DNA of 64,000 nucleotides from the human T2T-CHM13v2.0 reference genome, Homo sapiens. The stretch is taken from the NCBI RefSeq assembly GCF_009914755.1, contig NC_060926.1, one strand, 5' to 3'. Below the pieces are notes generated by a model. It did no database searches and was not told the origin of the DNA. It saw nothing but the letters and a program-made list of their open reading frames with translations. Positions 1 to 13,464 of the stretch are shown here, piece after piece. Each line of letters starts with the position of its first letter. The first letter of the stretch is position 1. The position numbers and the translations under genes were made by a program.

Positions 1-206
1 GCTGGACCACTGTGCATTCCAGGCAGATGTCTCAGACATGAGGTGGGACTTCAGTGATTTGGCAGGCTGAGTATCTGAAACAGATGAAAAGACTACTAGT
101 CGTCCCCAAACATCCATTCTCTCTTTAATAATAGAACTTCCAATTTTAGATGGGTAAGTTCTGGGAAACAGAATGACACCAGAAGTCATGTGTACTTTTT
201 CTAGAT

Positions 207-392
207 CCGTGGTCCTTAACTAGGGGTGATTTTGCCTCCCAGGAGATATTTTACAATGTCTAGATATATTTGTCATTGTCACCACTGGTATCTAGTGGAT
301 AGTGGCCAGAGATGCTGCTAAACACTGACAGTGCACACTAAAGAGAGTTATCTGGCACAAAATGCCAGCAGTGTCAAGGCTGAGAAATTCAA
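207..392 (+). mobile_element. MER20 (hAT-Charlie non-autonomous DNA transposon)
   Basis: GGGGTGATTTTGCCTCCCAGGAGATATTT...CTGGTATCTAGTGG...GATGCTGCTAAACA...AAGGCTGAGAAA matches MER20; 8-bp TSD TTCTAGAT at 199-206 and 393-400. Confidence 0.88.
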
Positions 393-512
393 TTCTAGAT
401 CTTATCCTTAAAAGGAATGCACACGGCCTCCTCTGGTTTTTTCCTCCTCTCCTCCAGGCTACAAGTTGAGGAAAACTGGAGCAATCTCCTTGGACTTAGA
501 AAATGGAAACTA

Positions 513-821
513 GGCCAGGCGTGGTGGGTCACGCCTGTAATCCCAGCACTTTGGGAGGCTGAGGAGGGTGGATCACGAGGTTAGGAGATCGAGACCAACC
601 TGACCAACATAGTGAAACCCCATCTCTACTAAAATACAAAAAATGAGCTTGGCGTGGTGACACGCACTTGTAGTCCCAGCTACTCAGGAGGCTGAGGCAG
701 GGGAATCCCTTGAACTCAGGAGGCAGAGGTTGCAGTGAGCCAAGATTGCGCCACCGTACTCCAGTCTGGGTGACAAGAGCAAAACTCTGTCTAAAAAAAA
801 AAAAAGAAAGAAAGCAAGAAA
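513..821 (+). mobile_element. Alu (AluSc-like)
   Basis: Full dimeric Alu with A-rich tail; 15-bp TSD AGAAAATGGAAACTA at 498-512 and 822-836. Confidence 0.97.
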
Positions 822-1070
822 AGAAAATGGAAACTACCTGCTTGGGGATGTCAGAACCACAATAACAGCCTTGGATGACCTACCTCTACTATTACCATGA
901 AAGAGAAATAATCCGCCTTGTATTTTGGGGTCCTTTTGTTATAGTAGCTTAGCCCATACCCCGATATGAGGGATTTTATGAGGCTAAATAGGATTTCAAT
1001 TTAGCATAATTTAGTATAATTCCTTTTTTTCTATCCTCTTTCTCTCTTACCCTTGCTTTTGGTAACACCC

Positions 1071-1580
1071 TGTGATGGGCAGAATAATGGCCCCCTAAAA
1101 TGCCTCTGTCTTAATCTCTGGAACCTGTGAATATGTTAGGTTACATGGCAAGGGGGAATTAAGGTTACAGATGCAATTAAGGTTGCTAATCAGCTGATCT
1201 TAAACTACGGAGGGTATCCCGATTACCCAGAATTGCCCACTGCAATCACAAACATCCTTATAAGTGAAAGGGGGAGGCAAGAGAGGCAGAATCAAAGTGA
1301 CGCAGCATGAGAAGGACTCAACTGGCCATTGCTGGTTTTGAAGATGAAAGGGAGCCACAAGCCAAGGAATGCAGGGAGCCTCTAGAAGCTGGAAAAGGCA
1401 AGAAAACGGCTTCTCCCCTGGAGCCTCCAGAAGGAACCAGTCCTGCAGTCACCTTGACTTTAGCCCAAAGAGACCCCTTTAGGACTTATAACCTTCAGAA
1501 CTGAAGGATAATCAAGTTATATCATTTTAAGCACCAAGTAGTGTGGTGATTTGTTACAGCAGCCAGAGAAAAAGAATATT
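1071..1580 (+). mobile_element. MLT1D MaLR solo LTR
   Basis: TGTGATGGGCAGAATAATGGCCCC...GGAATTAAGGTT...GCTAATCAGCTGA...GAGCCTCCAGAAGGAACC...TTTGTTACAGCAGC. Confidence 0.88.
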
Positions 1581-3149
1581 CATTGCCTTCTTTCTTTCTC
1601 CTTCCTCTCTCCTCTATCTCTCTTTTCAATCTAGCTTCTGGGGATCTATTCATTTTCTATGAAAGTATGAGCCACTGTGTAGGACAGGCCAAGGCCATAG
1701 TTTGCCTATGTCTGGAGTCTCCTGGAAAGCCCTCACCAGCAGGATAGCCTGTGCACCTGCACATGGAAACAGCAGCCATGCTAATCTGGAGCATGAGTTC
1801 GGTCCAGCAACTCATGAATTTGACTCTAATTTCTTTCATGATATGTTTTCAGAAACACAGATTTCATCAACATCCAAGATCCTGCAGTAAGGAGCCCAGG
1901 CTGCTCTTTATGAATCCCAGGTCATCACTACGTGGTCTGCTTTCCCAAAGGTGCTCTGCCCAAAGCCAAAGGGACCAGTAGGCAACAGCCATGTTAACTG
2001 TAGGCGGAATTAGCCAGCCCTGTAATTCCAAAGTGTTTAGCTTTGGAGCACAAAAAGTTAAACACCTTCTTGCAACACATTGTAAACATGTCAGTGTGTT
2101 TAACATGTTAACCATGCTCTGTTCTCCTGCCCATGTGTTTAGAAAAGAAACAGGTTATGATGTTTAACTAGTGAATAGATGTATGCTCTCATAGCGGCTA
2201 ACACTTTCTAAACACTTGTGGATGCTTAAAATTATGATGTGTTTAAGATTCAAACACATTTGCTTTTCTACACTCTTAATCCAATGAGTGCTGGCTGCAT
2301 TTTTTTTTTTTCTAATTGCGAGGGTTTGTCCACCTTGCAAAGGCCAGTCTGCCATGATGAGTTCCAAGAGCTGTCAATTGGCCTTTTTTTTAAAATTAGC
2401 ATTTTCTTTGATACACGAATCCCCTTCTCAAGGAAAGGAATAACTAGAAGAGTGTAAATAATGGTCATTCTCTAGAGGATGTTGAGAGTCCTATTCTGTT
2501 AGAGAATTTAAAGGGTTTTACTGGCATCAGCTGCAAGGCTTTACCAATTTCACCATATGGTTCAGAAAATGAAAACCAAAGAGGCTCCAAATCCTGCAAA
2601 GGCGACACAGAAGTGTATGGAGGAACTGGGGATAATACCAGGCCTCCAGGTGCTGCCCAGGCCTCTGTTTACTTGTCCTCTCTACCCAGTCTCCTCAAAC
2701 CAGCAGCTGGAAAAGGCATTAAACACTGCCTCCCGCTTCCAAGCGTGGGCTCACCATTTGCAGTCATACAGAGGGTTGTTTGGGGGTGGTTGTCCATCCA
2801 GTCCCCTCTGTCGTGCTGTAACCTTTCTACCCTACACCTCCATACTCTTTTGCCTGATGATGCCAGTAATATTCTCTCCAATCTCCTTTATCTACTCTGT
2901 GTCTGCCCACTTCTCCATGCCCCCTTCTGACCACAGCCCCTCCTGTAAGTGGCCTCGAAATGGCCTCTCTCTCTGCCATCAGACACCCTCTCTAACCAAC
3001 CTTATTTCTTGCCAATGTCTCCTTTCCCCTGTAGGTTCCAGCCACCCTGGCCTTCTTTTAAGCTATTTCCTGCCTCAGGGCATTTCAATACGCTGCGAGA
3101 AAACCAATCTTTCCTTGGTTCTTGTCAACTAGCTGTTTTAAACAACAAT

Positions 3150-3394
3150 GCCTCAGGAAAGCTTTGCCTGACTATCCCACAACCCCCTCCAGCCCAGGTC
3201 ATATCCCCATTTTCTATCCCGGCACTTTTTGCTTCTACCCTTAGAGCACTTAATTACCATTTATTTAGGTTTGCCTTCCCCCACTAGGCTAAATTTCCAA
3301 TGAGGGCAGGGTCTAAGGCAGTCTTGTTCACTGTTGTATCCTGGGCACCCAATGCCTGACACGTAGTTAGCACCTAATGAATGTTTGTTGAATG
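3150..3394 (+). mobile_element. L2 LINE 3' end
   Basis: TGAGGGCAGGG...TCTTGTTCACTGTTGTATCC...GCCTGACACGTAGTTAGCACCTAATGAATGTTTGTTGAATG is a typical L2 terminus. Confidence 0.72.
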
Positions 3395-3678
3395 GCCAAT
3401 GGGACTTCCAGCTATCCAGTCAATCTTGGGGTAGTGGAAAGAAAGATTGCATTATGAGTTGGGGGCTGTGAGTGTTGTTTCCCACCTGGTGCAAGCTGTT
3501 TAATTTCTCTGACTCTCGGTCTCTCTGCATGCCAGATGGGGAACTGGCTCAACTCAGCAAATGTTTATCAAGCTGGCCCCATGTATAAGGATGCTGATAG
3601 GCTCTCTCAGTGCCTGCAGAGATGAAAAACACAGTCCTGGCCCTCAAGGGGCTTGTCGTTTAGTGTGTAAGATTAAGG

Positions 3679-3984
<306 letters not shown>

Positions 3985-4034
3985 TTAAGGCTTCAACATA
4001 AGTAACCACAATACAAGGCAAACTTGTTTTTTGT

Positions 4035-4290
4035 TTTTAGTATATGTCTTCATTTATTTCATTATGCCATTAATTATCTCCCTGCAATATTTTGTAGTTT
4101 TTAGTGTACAGATCTTTTACCTCTTTTTCAGCTTTATTCCTAAGTATTTGATATTTTCTAATGATATTTTAAATTGCACTATTCATAATTCTAATGTCCA
4201 ATGATTCACTGTAGATACATAAACATACAATTAATTTGTATATGTTGATCTTGCATCCTGCAACCTTGTTAAACTTAGTGATTAGTTGTA
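4035..4290 (-). mobile_element. Old L1 (L1M) ORF2 fragment
   Basis: TTTTGTAGTTTTTAGTGTACAGATCTTT...TTTATTCCTAAGTATTT...GTTGATCTTGCATCCTGCAACCTTG is antisense L1 ORF2. Confidence 0.8.
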
Positions 4291-4295
4291 AAATT

Positions 4296-4452
4296 TCTTT
4301 CTTTTAACTTTTAGGTTCAGGGGTACACGTGCAGGTCTGTTATGTAGGTAAGCTTGCGTCACAGGGGTTTGTCATACAGATTAGTTCATCACCCAGGTAT
4401 TAAGCCCAGTACCCATTAGTTATTTTTCCTGATCCTCTCCCTCCTCCCACCT
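4296..4452 (-). mobile_element. L1PA (older, L1PA13-16-like) 3' end
   Basis: TTTTAGGTTCAGGGGTACACGTGCAGG...TCATCACCCAGGTATTAAGCC...GATCCTCTCCCTCCTCCCACC. Confidence 0.85.
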
Positions 4453-7065
4453 ACAGGACAAATTTGACAATGCTCCAAGATCATTTGAAAGGACTAGGGA
4501 ATGCATAGAAGAAAGAACCTACCTCCAAGTAACATACTGAGAAGGCTTTATAGGGGGAGGGACACCTGGGCAAACTTAGAACAGGCAGGACTTCAGCAAG
4601 CCAGAATGAGAGGGAATCCTTTCACTAATGCAGTGACATTAAAGACACAGAGATGGAGAAGCCTGAGAGAGGCTTGAGGAGCACCTAGGACCCAATGTAG
4701 CTGCCATGTAGGTTACAGAGGAGGAGATGAAACTGCAAAGGTTGATTGGAGACACATCAGGAGGTTTTGAAATGCCACTCAGGAGTTTGGAATAAACTAT
4801 GCTGTAGGAGCTACTGGAGGACTGTGGGCAGGAGAGTGACCAATGAGAGCTACGCTTTAGGGTGGTTAATCCAACTTCCAGGACAAGAGGGATGATGTGT
4901 TAAGAGGCACCTGCAGTTATTCAGGAGAGAAGGGAGAAAGCAGATGGCAGTGAGAAAAGCAGCAAGACGGGGAGGCTGAGCTCAAGGAGCTATCGAAGAC
5001 AGAAGCAGCAGGACTGAGGAGCTGGCCAGATGAGCAGGCCAAGGGGAATGCCAGCGAGGATGCCAGCAGGCCAGCGAGGATGCCAAGGGTGCAAGCTTGG
5101 ACCATCAGGAACAAGATGGGATAACGAACAAAAACACAGGCCACCGGAGTAAGAGAAGCGGGTGGGGAAACACATAGCATATTTCAGACACGCTTACTGC
5201 AAGGCCCTGGTGAAGCCGTCAGGTGAAAACACTTGTAGGCAATGGGAAATGCAGGTCTTAAAACCAGAATGTGGATTAACACTTCCCAGCCTGGCCACAG
5301 GGCTACTGGGAAAATCAAAGGAGATGGTGAAACAGAAGATACGTTGGGATCTACAAGTCACCATGTACACGTAAGGCATGACAATCTGTATTTTTATTAC
5401 TGCTCCAAAATACATCTTAAATATCTCAGAAGCTGGGGATTGGTCTCTCTCTAATCTCTAATCTTAGAGATTAGAAACCTGAAGTTATTCCCTGAGTGTT
5501 AAAACCAACCCATAAAGGAGTAGAATGGAGGTCCTTGTAAGACAGAATGGCTTCGGGCCCAGCAGATAGTGGCAAAGATGCTGAACCATCCCTGTGGACA
5601 CGGGAAAGGGAGAAACATGGGGCATGACTGATGCTCACCCGAGTACTGTCTAGGTGCACAGAGGCAGGAGCACTTCCCTCTCTGGAATACCTACCTGTCA
5701 CCACACAGGTCCTCATACCTAGGTGCAGAGACACACGTACGTACATATTCCCAATGCCTGGATTCTACCCCCTGAGATGCAGGCTGGCCTTCTGGTTTAC
5801 ACAGCAGCCTGTGCCTGTGCGAGTTTGGTTAATGTGAGTTATGCCATTCATGGCAAGCAAGGCTGAGCACTAGACTTCACACCAATGATTTGCCAAGTGA
5901 ATGCCACTTGGTGGGTGCTTAAGGCACTTTAAGGAGACAAATGATCCTGGGCTTTCAAAACAATATTTTTTAAATACTTAACACCTATTTAGAGAAATAA
6001 AGGAGAAACTTATTTTTCAACAGTAATGAACATTCAACATATTTTCATTAACAAAAATAATTCTCATTAATATAAAATAGAATTCCAGACACTGAATGTG
6101 CCATTAGCATCTCAGTGCATTTGGAATTGTCTTTCATTTTCCAGTTTCGGCATCACTCATAAATGGATAGCATTAGTCCCCTGCACTCACCGAAGTCTGA
6201 GGTAACATCCATGGATAACGTTACAAGGTCATATTGAAAATATGATTTATGATTTTTGTTCCTGGCTTTCCATTTTTCTGTAATTCCTTTGGAATCAGGT
6301 GGGGGGACGATTGGTTTCCTGAAGGCGGCCTCCCAGAGAGGGAGCTGGCCTTCTGCTGAGTTCCATGGCTCCTCTGCAGTTTTCTGAACTGGGTATCTTC
6401 TTGGGAGGTATATTAAAACGTTTAAATTTTAGATTATAAAATAAATCACTGATTTCCTGAGAACAGCATTACTCCATGCATAATCCACTTTCAGAATTTC
6501 AGCTGGCTATGCCTGCTAGCTCTGGGCAACAGTCAGCTGGCTAGTCTCAGGACAGGTGAGGACACCCACAATTCACACCGTGCAAGTCGCAAATGTGAGT
6601 TACCTAAGCACTTGACTGATACAGGGTCAGTATAGTAGAGACTGTTTCCCATGACTGTTGAGTGCACTGCCTGTGAGGTCACAGTAGACTTTATTTGTTG
6701 TCCTCCTGGCACAGGAAGCCTGTACTCCTCAAGCCCCTTGGAGCAGGGCAGAGCCATATGCTGGGCTCTGGCCACAGGCTGAGAGAGGAAGTGACTCCAA
6801 GGCTGAGGTAGCGATGAGCCCATGCACTGCTTTTTCTCTCCTTTCCTGTGCCTCATTGATTAAGAAGGTCATGTATTTTACAAATACAGCTCTCATGGGT
6901 CCCTGAGTTGTTATATGGAGGACCTTTGCAGAGTTGCCAGAACTGGTGTAAGAAGTAAACCTGTGTGTAAGAACTTGGTATTTGAAGATTGTGTATGGAA
7001 ATGTGACCCATGCCAGATTTTTCACTTATTTGGTGACATTTCTGCTCTTAGAATTGATTGGTGAC

Positions 7066-7513
7066 TATATTAATTCTCTATTGCTGCTGTAACAAATTAC
7101 CACAAACTTGGTGGCTTAAAACAATACAAATTTATTATTTTACAGTTGTAAATAACTGGAGGCCCTACGGGAGAATCCATTTTCTTGCCTTTTCTAACTT
7201 CTAGAGGTTGCCCACATTCCTTGGCTTGCGGCCCCTCCTCCATCTTCAAAGTCATTAATGTAGTATCATCAAATCTCTCTGGTTTCTGTTTCTGTCATCA
7301 CGTCCCCCTCTGTAACTTGGACTCTCTTGCCTCTCTCTTCTAAGGACCATTGTGATTATATTGGGCCCAGCCAGATAACCCAGGAAATCTCACCTGAAAA
7401 TCCTTAACTGAATCACATCTGCAAAATCCTATTTGCCATGTAGGGAACATATTTACAAGTTCAGGGGATCCCATTGTGGATATCTCTGAGGGGCTACTAT
7501 TCAGCCTTCCACA
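7066..7513 (-). mobile_element. MLT1C/D MaLR solo LTR
   Basis: TTGCTGCTGTAACAAATTACCACAAACTTGGTGGCTTAAAACAA...CACATCTGCAAAATCC...TATTCAGCCTTCCACA. Confidence 0.88.
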
Positions 7514-7699
7514 GTGACCCATGCATTTGTTTATCCAATTGATCTTTAATTCCATTCTGGTGAGATTTAGCCAGTAGCCAGATGGCCTTTCCCAAGTAAT
7601 ATTCCTCCATATTGCCTACAGTCATATAGCTTTTCTTTTGAAACACATACATTTCCACATATGAGAGCTGATTATAGGGAAATAATCCAAATGAAGATA

Positions 7700-8090
7700 A
7701 GCTTTATGCACAAAGATGGTTATGAAGGATTATGGATTTTGTTATAAGAAAAAAATTGGAAACATCTGAATGTGCAATGGTATAAGGAAATGTGCGAAGA
7801 AATTCTAGAACACCCCATGTGCAAATATTATGCAGCCATTATATTTACAACAAATGTTTATAACTCTGAAATGTTCTTTATAATGATTTTAAAGCAAGTT
7901 ACACATTTATATGATCTCAACACTGACAAAAACATATGTAGAGGAGAAAATTCTGCACATGTATACACCAAAATGTCAATAGTGAGGTTGCTTTTTTTCT
8001 GGAGGATATATATAACTTTAGTTTTCTTTTTCATACTTCCATTTTTTAAAATATCGACAAAAAACAAGGGTGACTTTTGTAATCAGAAAT
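7700..8090 (+). mobile_element. Old L1 (L1ME-like) 3' fragment
   Basis: AATTGGAAACATCTGAATGTGCAA...AATATTATGCAGCCATT...ATACACCAAAATGTCAATAGTG; heavily diverged. Confidence 0.5.
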
Positions 8091-8579
8091 CTCTGTTGAT
8101 GATAATAGCAGGTCACCAGGGTAGATAGGAGTGATCTGGAAGTGCTGGATAATTCTCTTTATTAGGAGAGGTGCTGTATCCTCCATCTGTAAGAACCTAA
8201 GGACTGGGTGCTGGATGATTCCCCTTCTATGTGTGCTGGGACCCTAGGGCATCCCTTCTTTCAGGGCATTTGCCCTGAGGGAGCATCTAGGATTTCTCCA
8301 GAAGATACAGGAACCCACCACCCATTGGGCCATACTGGACAATGAGGTACAAAGTTGGAAACATCACATGGATGGTTACCCTCAGCCTTCTGTTCAGTTG
8401 AGCAAGAAGATAATCGAAGAAAGATCTTCAGCGTGAATATGGAAAAAGTATACCATCCTCCAGGGTGGCCAGAGCCAAGGTTAAAAAAAAAAAAAAAGAA
8501 AAGAAAATATTGGGCCATAGTTCTTCACTGCAGAGAAGCAGTGCTGGTCTCAGAACACATCATCCCCAAGGTGAAAATG

Positions 8580-9030
8580 AGTGGCAGCCGGTGTGGTAGG
8601 AGTGGGAAAATGGGGACATTCAAAGACTGCCAGGGGAGGTGCAAACTAGTAAAAACAAAATATGCCTGTGGAGGGTAGTAGGGTCTGAATCAAATCAAAT
8701 CACAAAAATGTCAGTTCCTGTGGCCCTGCATTTCCACTTGAAGAAATGTATCCTAAAATAAGAAAACTAAAAATCTGAATTCCCAGCTTTATGAGATCCA
8801 CACAGTAGATTATGCAACCATTAAAAATCAAGCTCGAGTAGAATATTTAATAAAAAGAGATATTTATAATATATTGCTAAGTTTAAAAAGCAGAATATAA
8901 AATAGCAAATACAGCATAATCAACTTTCATAGCAAATAAATACGTAAATAGATGTTCCTAGCAAAAAGCCTGCTTATACTAAAATCATCAAATGTGATAG
9001 AATAACAGGTAATTTGCAGGGTTTTAGGGG
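8580..9030 (+). mobile_element. Old L1 (L1ME-like) 3' fragment
   Basis: CATTTCCACTTGAAGAAATGTATCCTAA...ATTATGCAACCATTAAAAAT...ATATTGCTAAGTTTAAAAAGCAG. Confidence 0.45.
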
Positions 9031-10419
9031 AGGTTGGTGTGGGGAGGTATAGATCTCAGTTCTCTAAGTTTTCGGCATGAAGCGTGTATACCCTTAACAT
9101 AGGGCTTTTGCTTCCAAAATAATCAGCCTAAAGTTCCTTCCATTGTTGGAACTCCTGTTCTGCTCCCTGGTAGAAACACCTTCATGTCCGTTGTCCTCCT
9201 GGGCCACATCTGAGTGGCCATTGGAGAATATGCACTTTGAAGAACTACCTGGCTTTTGCAGGCCCCGTCCTGCTGTTGCAGGACTGGGTACCCAGGAATG
9301 GTTTTAAGGATTGAACAAGCTTTTTTAGGCCAAGATTATGGTTCTTTTGATAACATCATTTCTTCAAATACATGTGAAATACTTTTGTTTCTGGTTATTC
9401 CATATGTAAAAAGCTACCACTAAAGCTCTTGCCCATTCACAATGTTTAAACCTATAAACTGTTCTTTCACATACTGCCTGCTGAGCTCTGCCAGTGCTCA
9501 TAGTTTTATGGTAACTATGTTGAGACCATCTGAAAGCATAGGTCTGGGTGGAAAGCAGCCCTCATTAAGCCCACCTAGACCAGCAGGCTCCCTATCGCTG
9601 TATGGCAGAACACTAATTTTATCCTCTGCTAAGTCTTACCACTTACTCTTTGCTTCAGTTTCAAGTACAGAAACAATTGGCTTTTTCAACCCAGCAAGGC
9701 TCCAAATTACTGAACTCTCAGTCAATTTAGACTCCAGGCTGCAGGCAAGAGAGCAGCACAAAGTCCCGTTCCTGCTCATCTGCTCTTGCAATCTAGCTCA
9801 TGCCACCCTAACTTCACCGCATTCTTACCAGACTTCGTAAAAGCAACAAGGTGCAACCCAACACACACCAAGAATCTGAATCTCTGTCATCATTTCCCTA
9901 TTGCCACAAACCTCAGGCAGCATATGATCTCTCTTCAATGTTGGGCACAATTTGATCAAATGTTTTACCACACATAACAAGGGTCACTAAGCAATATCTA
10001 AAGTCAGTCCTTACTGACTGGCACCTCAAATTCTTTTTGGAACAAGACAGAGTATGTAGCAAAATATGCACATCCCAATGCATAATGACCACTTCGAGGG
10101 TATCAGCCTTCATTTGGCTGCGCGCATTCTGTAAACTTCGTTTTTAAATTGCCAGCCTCAGTTTCATATTAGTCATACTTAATAATTTCCTGCTCAATGT
10201 CCTTGGAAGGAGATTTTCTCCACATTTAAAAGCCTTTCTCAACAATTAGCAAAAAGTGGACATGGGTTTAGCTTGATTCATCATGTCATGTATTCAGGTG
10301 TCTGCACATAGCCGGTAGGTGCAGCAATTCCTCATCAGATTCCAGTGAGATGTCTAAGGCTGATTTGATGACAGATATGGAAGCTCAACACTCAGGATAA
10401 AGTAATGTCCCCCAATCTC

Positions 10420-10833
10420 CAATATAGTTTGGATATTTTTTCCCTCCAAGCCTCATGTTGACATGTGATCCCCAGTGTTGGAGGGGGTGGCTGGTGGGAG
10501 ATGTTGGATCATGGGGGCAGATCTCTCATGAATAGCTTGGCGCAATCCTCTTGGTAATGAGTGAGTTCTCACTCTATTAGTTCATGAAAGAGCTGGTTGT
10601 TTAAAGGAGCCTGGCAGCTCTCTTGCTCTCTCTCTCTTGCCATGTGACATGTCCACTCCCCCTGTACCGTATGCCATGACTAAAAGTTTCCTGAGGGCTC
10701 ACCAGAAGCTGAGCAGATGCTGGTCCCATCCTTGCACAGCTTGCAGAACCGTAAGCCAAAAAAAAGCCTCTATTCTTCATAAATTACTCAGTCTCAGATA
10801 TTCCCTTAGAGCAACACAAAACAGACTAATATA
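10420..10833 (+). mobile_element. MSTB MaLR solo LTR
   Basis: ATATAGTTTGGATAT...GATCATGGGGGCAGATCTCTCATGAAT...GAGCTGGTTGTTTAAAGGAGCCTGGC...AAAACAGACTAATA. Confidence 0.88.
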
Positions 10834-11352
10834 TCCCCATTTCCCCAGTGCCTGACCAGAATTATGGTGTTTTTCCCTGTGGTTCTAGACAGGACATGGT
10901 GAGTTGGGCCCACCAACCCTGGTGGGTGAGACAACAGTTCTCTTTATGTGTCTGACCTGAGTCTACCAGCCCTTCTTCAATCAGCCCTTTTCTTAGTGCT
11001 ATAGCTGCAGGGAAGAGTCTGCTTTTTCCAAGACAAACAATCATACTAGTGACAACAGCTTTGCAAGTTTGGAGGAGTCAACCTGATCTAGTACTGTCCT
11101 CTCCCTGCTGAGGACAATTCTTCATAAAAGACCAACATGGGGGGTGAGGTGGGTGAGGAGGAGGGGAAAATGAGCAGGCTGCCTTTGGAGTGTGACCTGT
11201 GTGTGCAGGTACATTACCAAAGCTCCCTGCTCACAAGTCTCTCGTGCCCCCTGCAGACTCCATAGTCCGCCATCAAGGTTCCTGTTCCATCACTGGAAAC
11301 TTTAACCAGGTTACTCTTATAAGTGTCTCTGCCCAAATGGGACAACTGGTTA

Positions 11353-11807
11353 TGATGCAGGTGAACCCCAACATTGGGGCTTAGCCCAAGAGGGATCTTG
11401 GCTTCACTCAGGAAATAATTCAAGCATGAGCCAACAGTGAAAGGAAGCAAGTTGATTTGAGCAACAGCATACAACAAAATGGCTGCTCCACAGACAGGGC
11501 AGGGCTATCCCACAGGCAGAGTAGCACTGGTGGATTGCTGGCTAGGTATATTTACCCCTACTCCTAATTAGATGCTAAATAAGAGGTGGGTAATTCATGA
11601 ACTTTCCGGAAAAGGGGCGAGCAGTTCCCAGAAGCATATAAAGTCATTTCTGGGCATTGCCATGGCATTTATAAACCGTCACTGTGCTGGTGGGAGTATC
11701 TTGTAACATGCAAATGTATTATAATTCCTAGTCCTTGCTGGTTGTGGACAGTTTCCTTCCTACATCAGCAGGGTCAGGAAAACAAGCCCTGCTGATCTCC
11801 TGGCTCA
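11353..11807 (-). mobile_element. ERV1-class solo LTR (MER66-like)
   Basis: TG...CA termini, 4-bp TSD GTTA (11349-11352, 11808-11811); minus strand starts TGAGCCAGGAGATCAGCAGGGCTTGTTTTCC and contains CTCCCACCAGCAC...AAATGCCATGGCAA. Confidence 0.8.
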
Positions 11808-13464
11808 GTTAGGTTAGGGTCTAGGGGAGTGCCGTAGTGAAGACCCCAGGCACTGACCCATCCCCAGAACCTCCTCCTCCAGGCTCATTCCCTACTCATT
11901 CATTTGCCCATCTCCTGTGTTTGTTTGGTATCTATTTCAGCTCCTCTTCCTGGTTACAACATCCAGATAATGGCTCTCCCCACTCAGCTCAATCCCTGGG
12001 GCTCCTGCTGTTCACCATCCTTGAAGGGAGTGAACCCACCCATCACCAAATGCCTCAGAAGAGATGCATCAGTAGCTGCTTCCCAAGAGGCAGGGAACGA
12101 GTGCTCAGAGAAAACTCTGGGTAGGGGTGAGGATGATGCCAAAGGTCAGCTCTGCTCCCACTGTGCTCATGACTCTCTGGGCAGTCATGGTGCTTGGCCA
12201 GGTTCTCTTGGCATCAACTGATCCCCTTTCTTCAGGTCCTGATCCAAAGCCCAGCCTTGAGGATGCTGCCTGTCTCAGATCCTGAGCTCCTTAGAAGGAG
12301 AAACGGGGCCATGCCCAGCACTGGGGCAGATGTAAAGAGCAGTTTAAAGACTATAGGAAAAGGGAGGAAGTAGAGGACAAGGGAAAGGGAGAAAGAAGAG
12401 GGGGAGGAAGGAGAACAACAGTGCCTCCTTTATTCCAGCCTCCATGCCTTTGCTAATACTGAAACCTAAAGGGCCACCATGTATGATCTCCTCCCCACAA
12501 CCATTCCCATCCTCATTGCTCTCCCCTGCTGCTGGTCTCACATCTGTCACACAGCCTTGCCTCGCCTGTGCCCTCCCAACCCAGCCTGGGCTCACAGCCT
12601 GCAGCGCTGTAGCCGTTAGCTGCATGTGCTTCAGGCTTGGGTCCACACTGCAAGCTGCTCCTCTCGCTTCCCTGTGGTGACTCACGGGCCCGTGCTGCAG
12701 CCTGGATTGATTGGGTGACAGGGTAGCCAGGGTCTGAGGCACCCTAGTGGCTCTTTGCAGAAGAAAAAGGAGTCCAGGGCACATTCCAAGCCCTGTCAAC
12801 ACTGGCTTAGCCCCTTAGTGGTGTAAAATCTCACGCCTGGAGTCCTGTAAGCTCCTGCTGCCAGCTGCAATTTTATTGGTGGTCTGTGACTTCAAAGGCC
12901 TCTCCTCCTGCATGGCTGAGCCAGGCAGGCTGCAGAGCAGAAGGCCTGTGCCCAGGGCACCAGGGAATTCCCCCAGGACCTGGACCCAGCCTCCTCTCCA
13001 ACCTACACTGCCTCTTTCTTTGATAGTCACAAAAATCACTTTCCCAGCTCCCTTGGCAGCCAGAGCAGATGGAACTGCAGGCGAGGAACTGGCTTTCCTG
13101 GATCAGCTTCTTAGGATACCGCTTTTCTGGATCTGTTTGTCCCAGATTTGCAGGTGAGACACTTCTAACCAAACATCTCTTCAATGTCCCAACTGGATAA
13201 GATACTTTTTTTTCCTCTAGAAAGCCCCAGCAGTGGAAAGACAGGAGGCTGGGTTGTGGTCTGGGTCATCCTGAGTACCCACTTGATATCTGTCTGCCTA
13301 ATCTATCAAGGAGGGTGACACTGAGGCCTGGCCACTGCCTCACAGCTCTTTGGAGGTTAGAAGAGGTCAAGTCTGGGAAAGCAGGCAGTGAAGCTCTCAA
13401 AGAGAAGGCACTGCTCAGTCCACACTGCTGGTGCCCCTCGCTGGCCGTCTTGACACTCAATGAA

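Larger units (their letters stand above)
95..960 (+). mobile_element. Old MaLR LTR (MLT1J/K-like), fragmented by MER20 and Alu insertions
   Basis: 3' part CTACCTCT...AAGAGAAATAA...TATTTTGGGGTCCTTTTGTTATAGTAGCT resembles MLT1 LTR ends; highly diverged. Confidence 0.5.

Noticed and set aside
1307-1504. 65-aa ORF
   Set aside because: Lies entirely within the MLT1D LTR
2557-3132. 191-aa ORF, the longest in the window
   Set aside because: No recognisable domain; low-complexity S/P/L composition running into L2-like pyrimidine-rich sequence; no supported splice structure
4948-5125. Purine-rich, exon-looking open frame (EKQQDGEAELKELS...)
   Set aside because: Better explained as the antisense strand of a decayed L2
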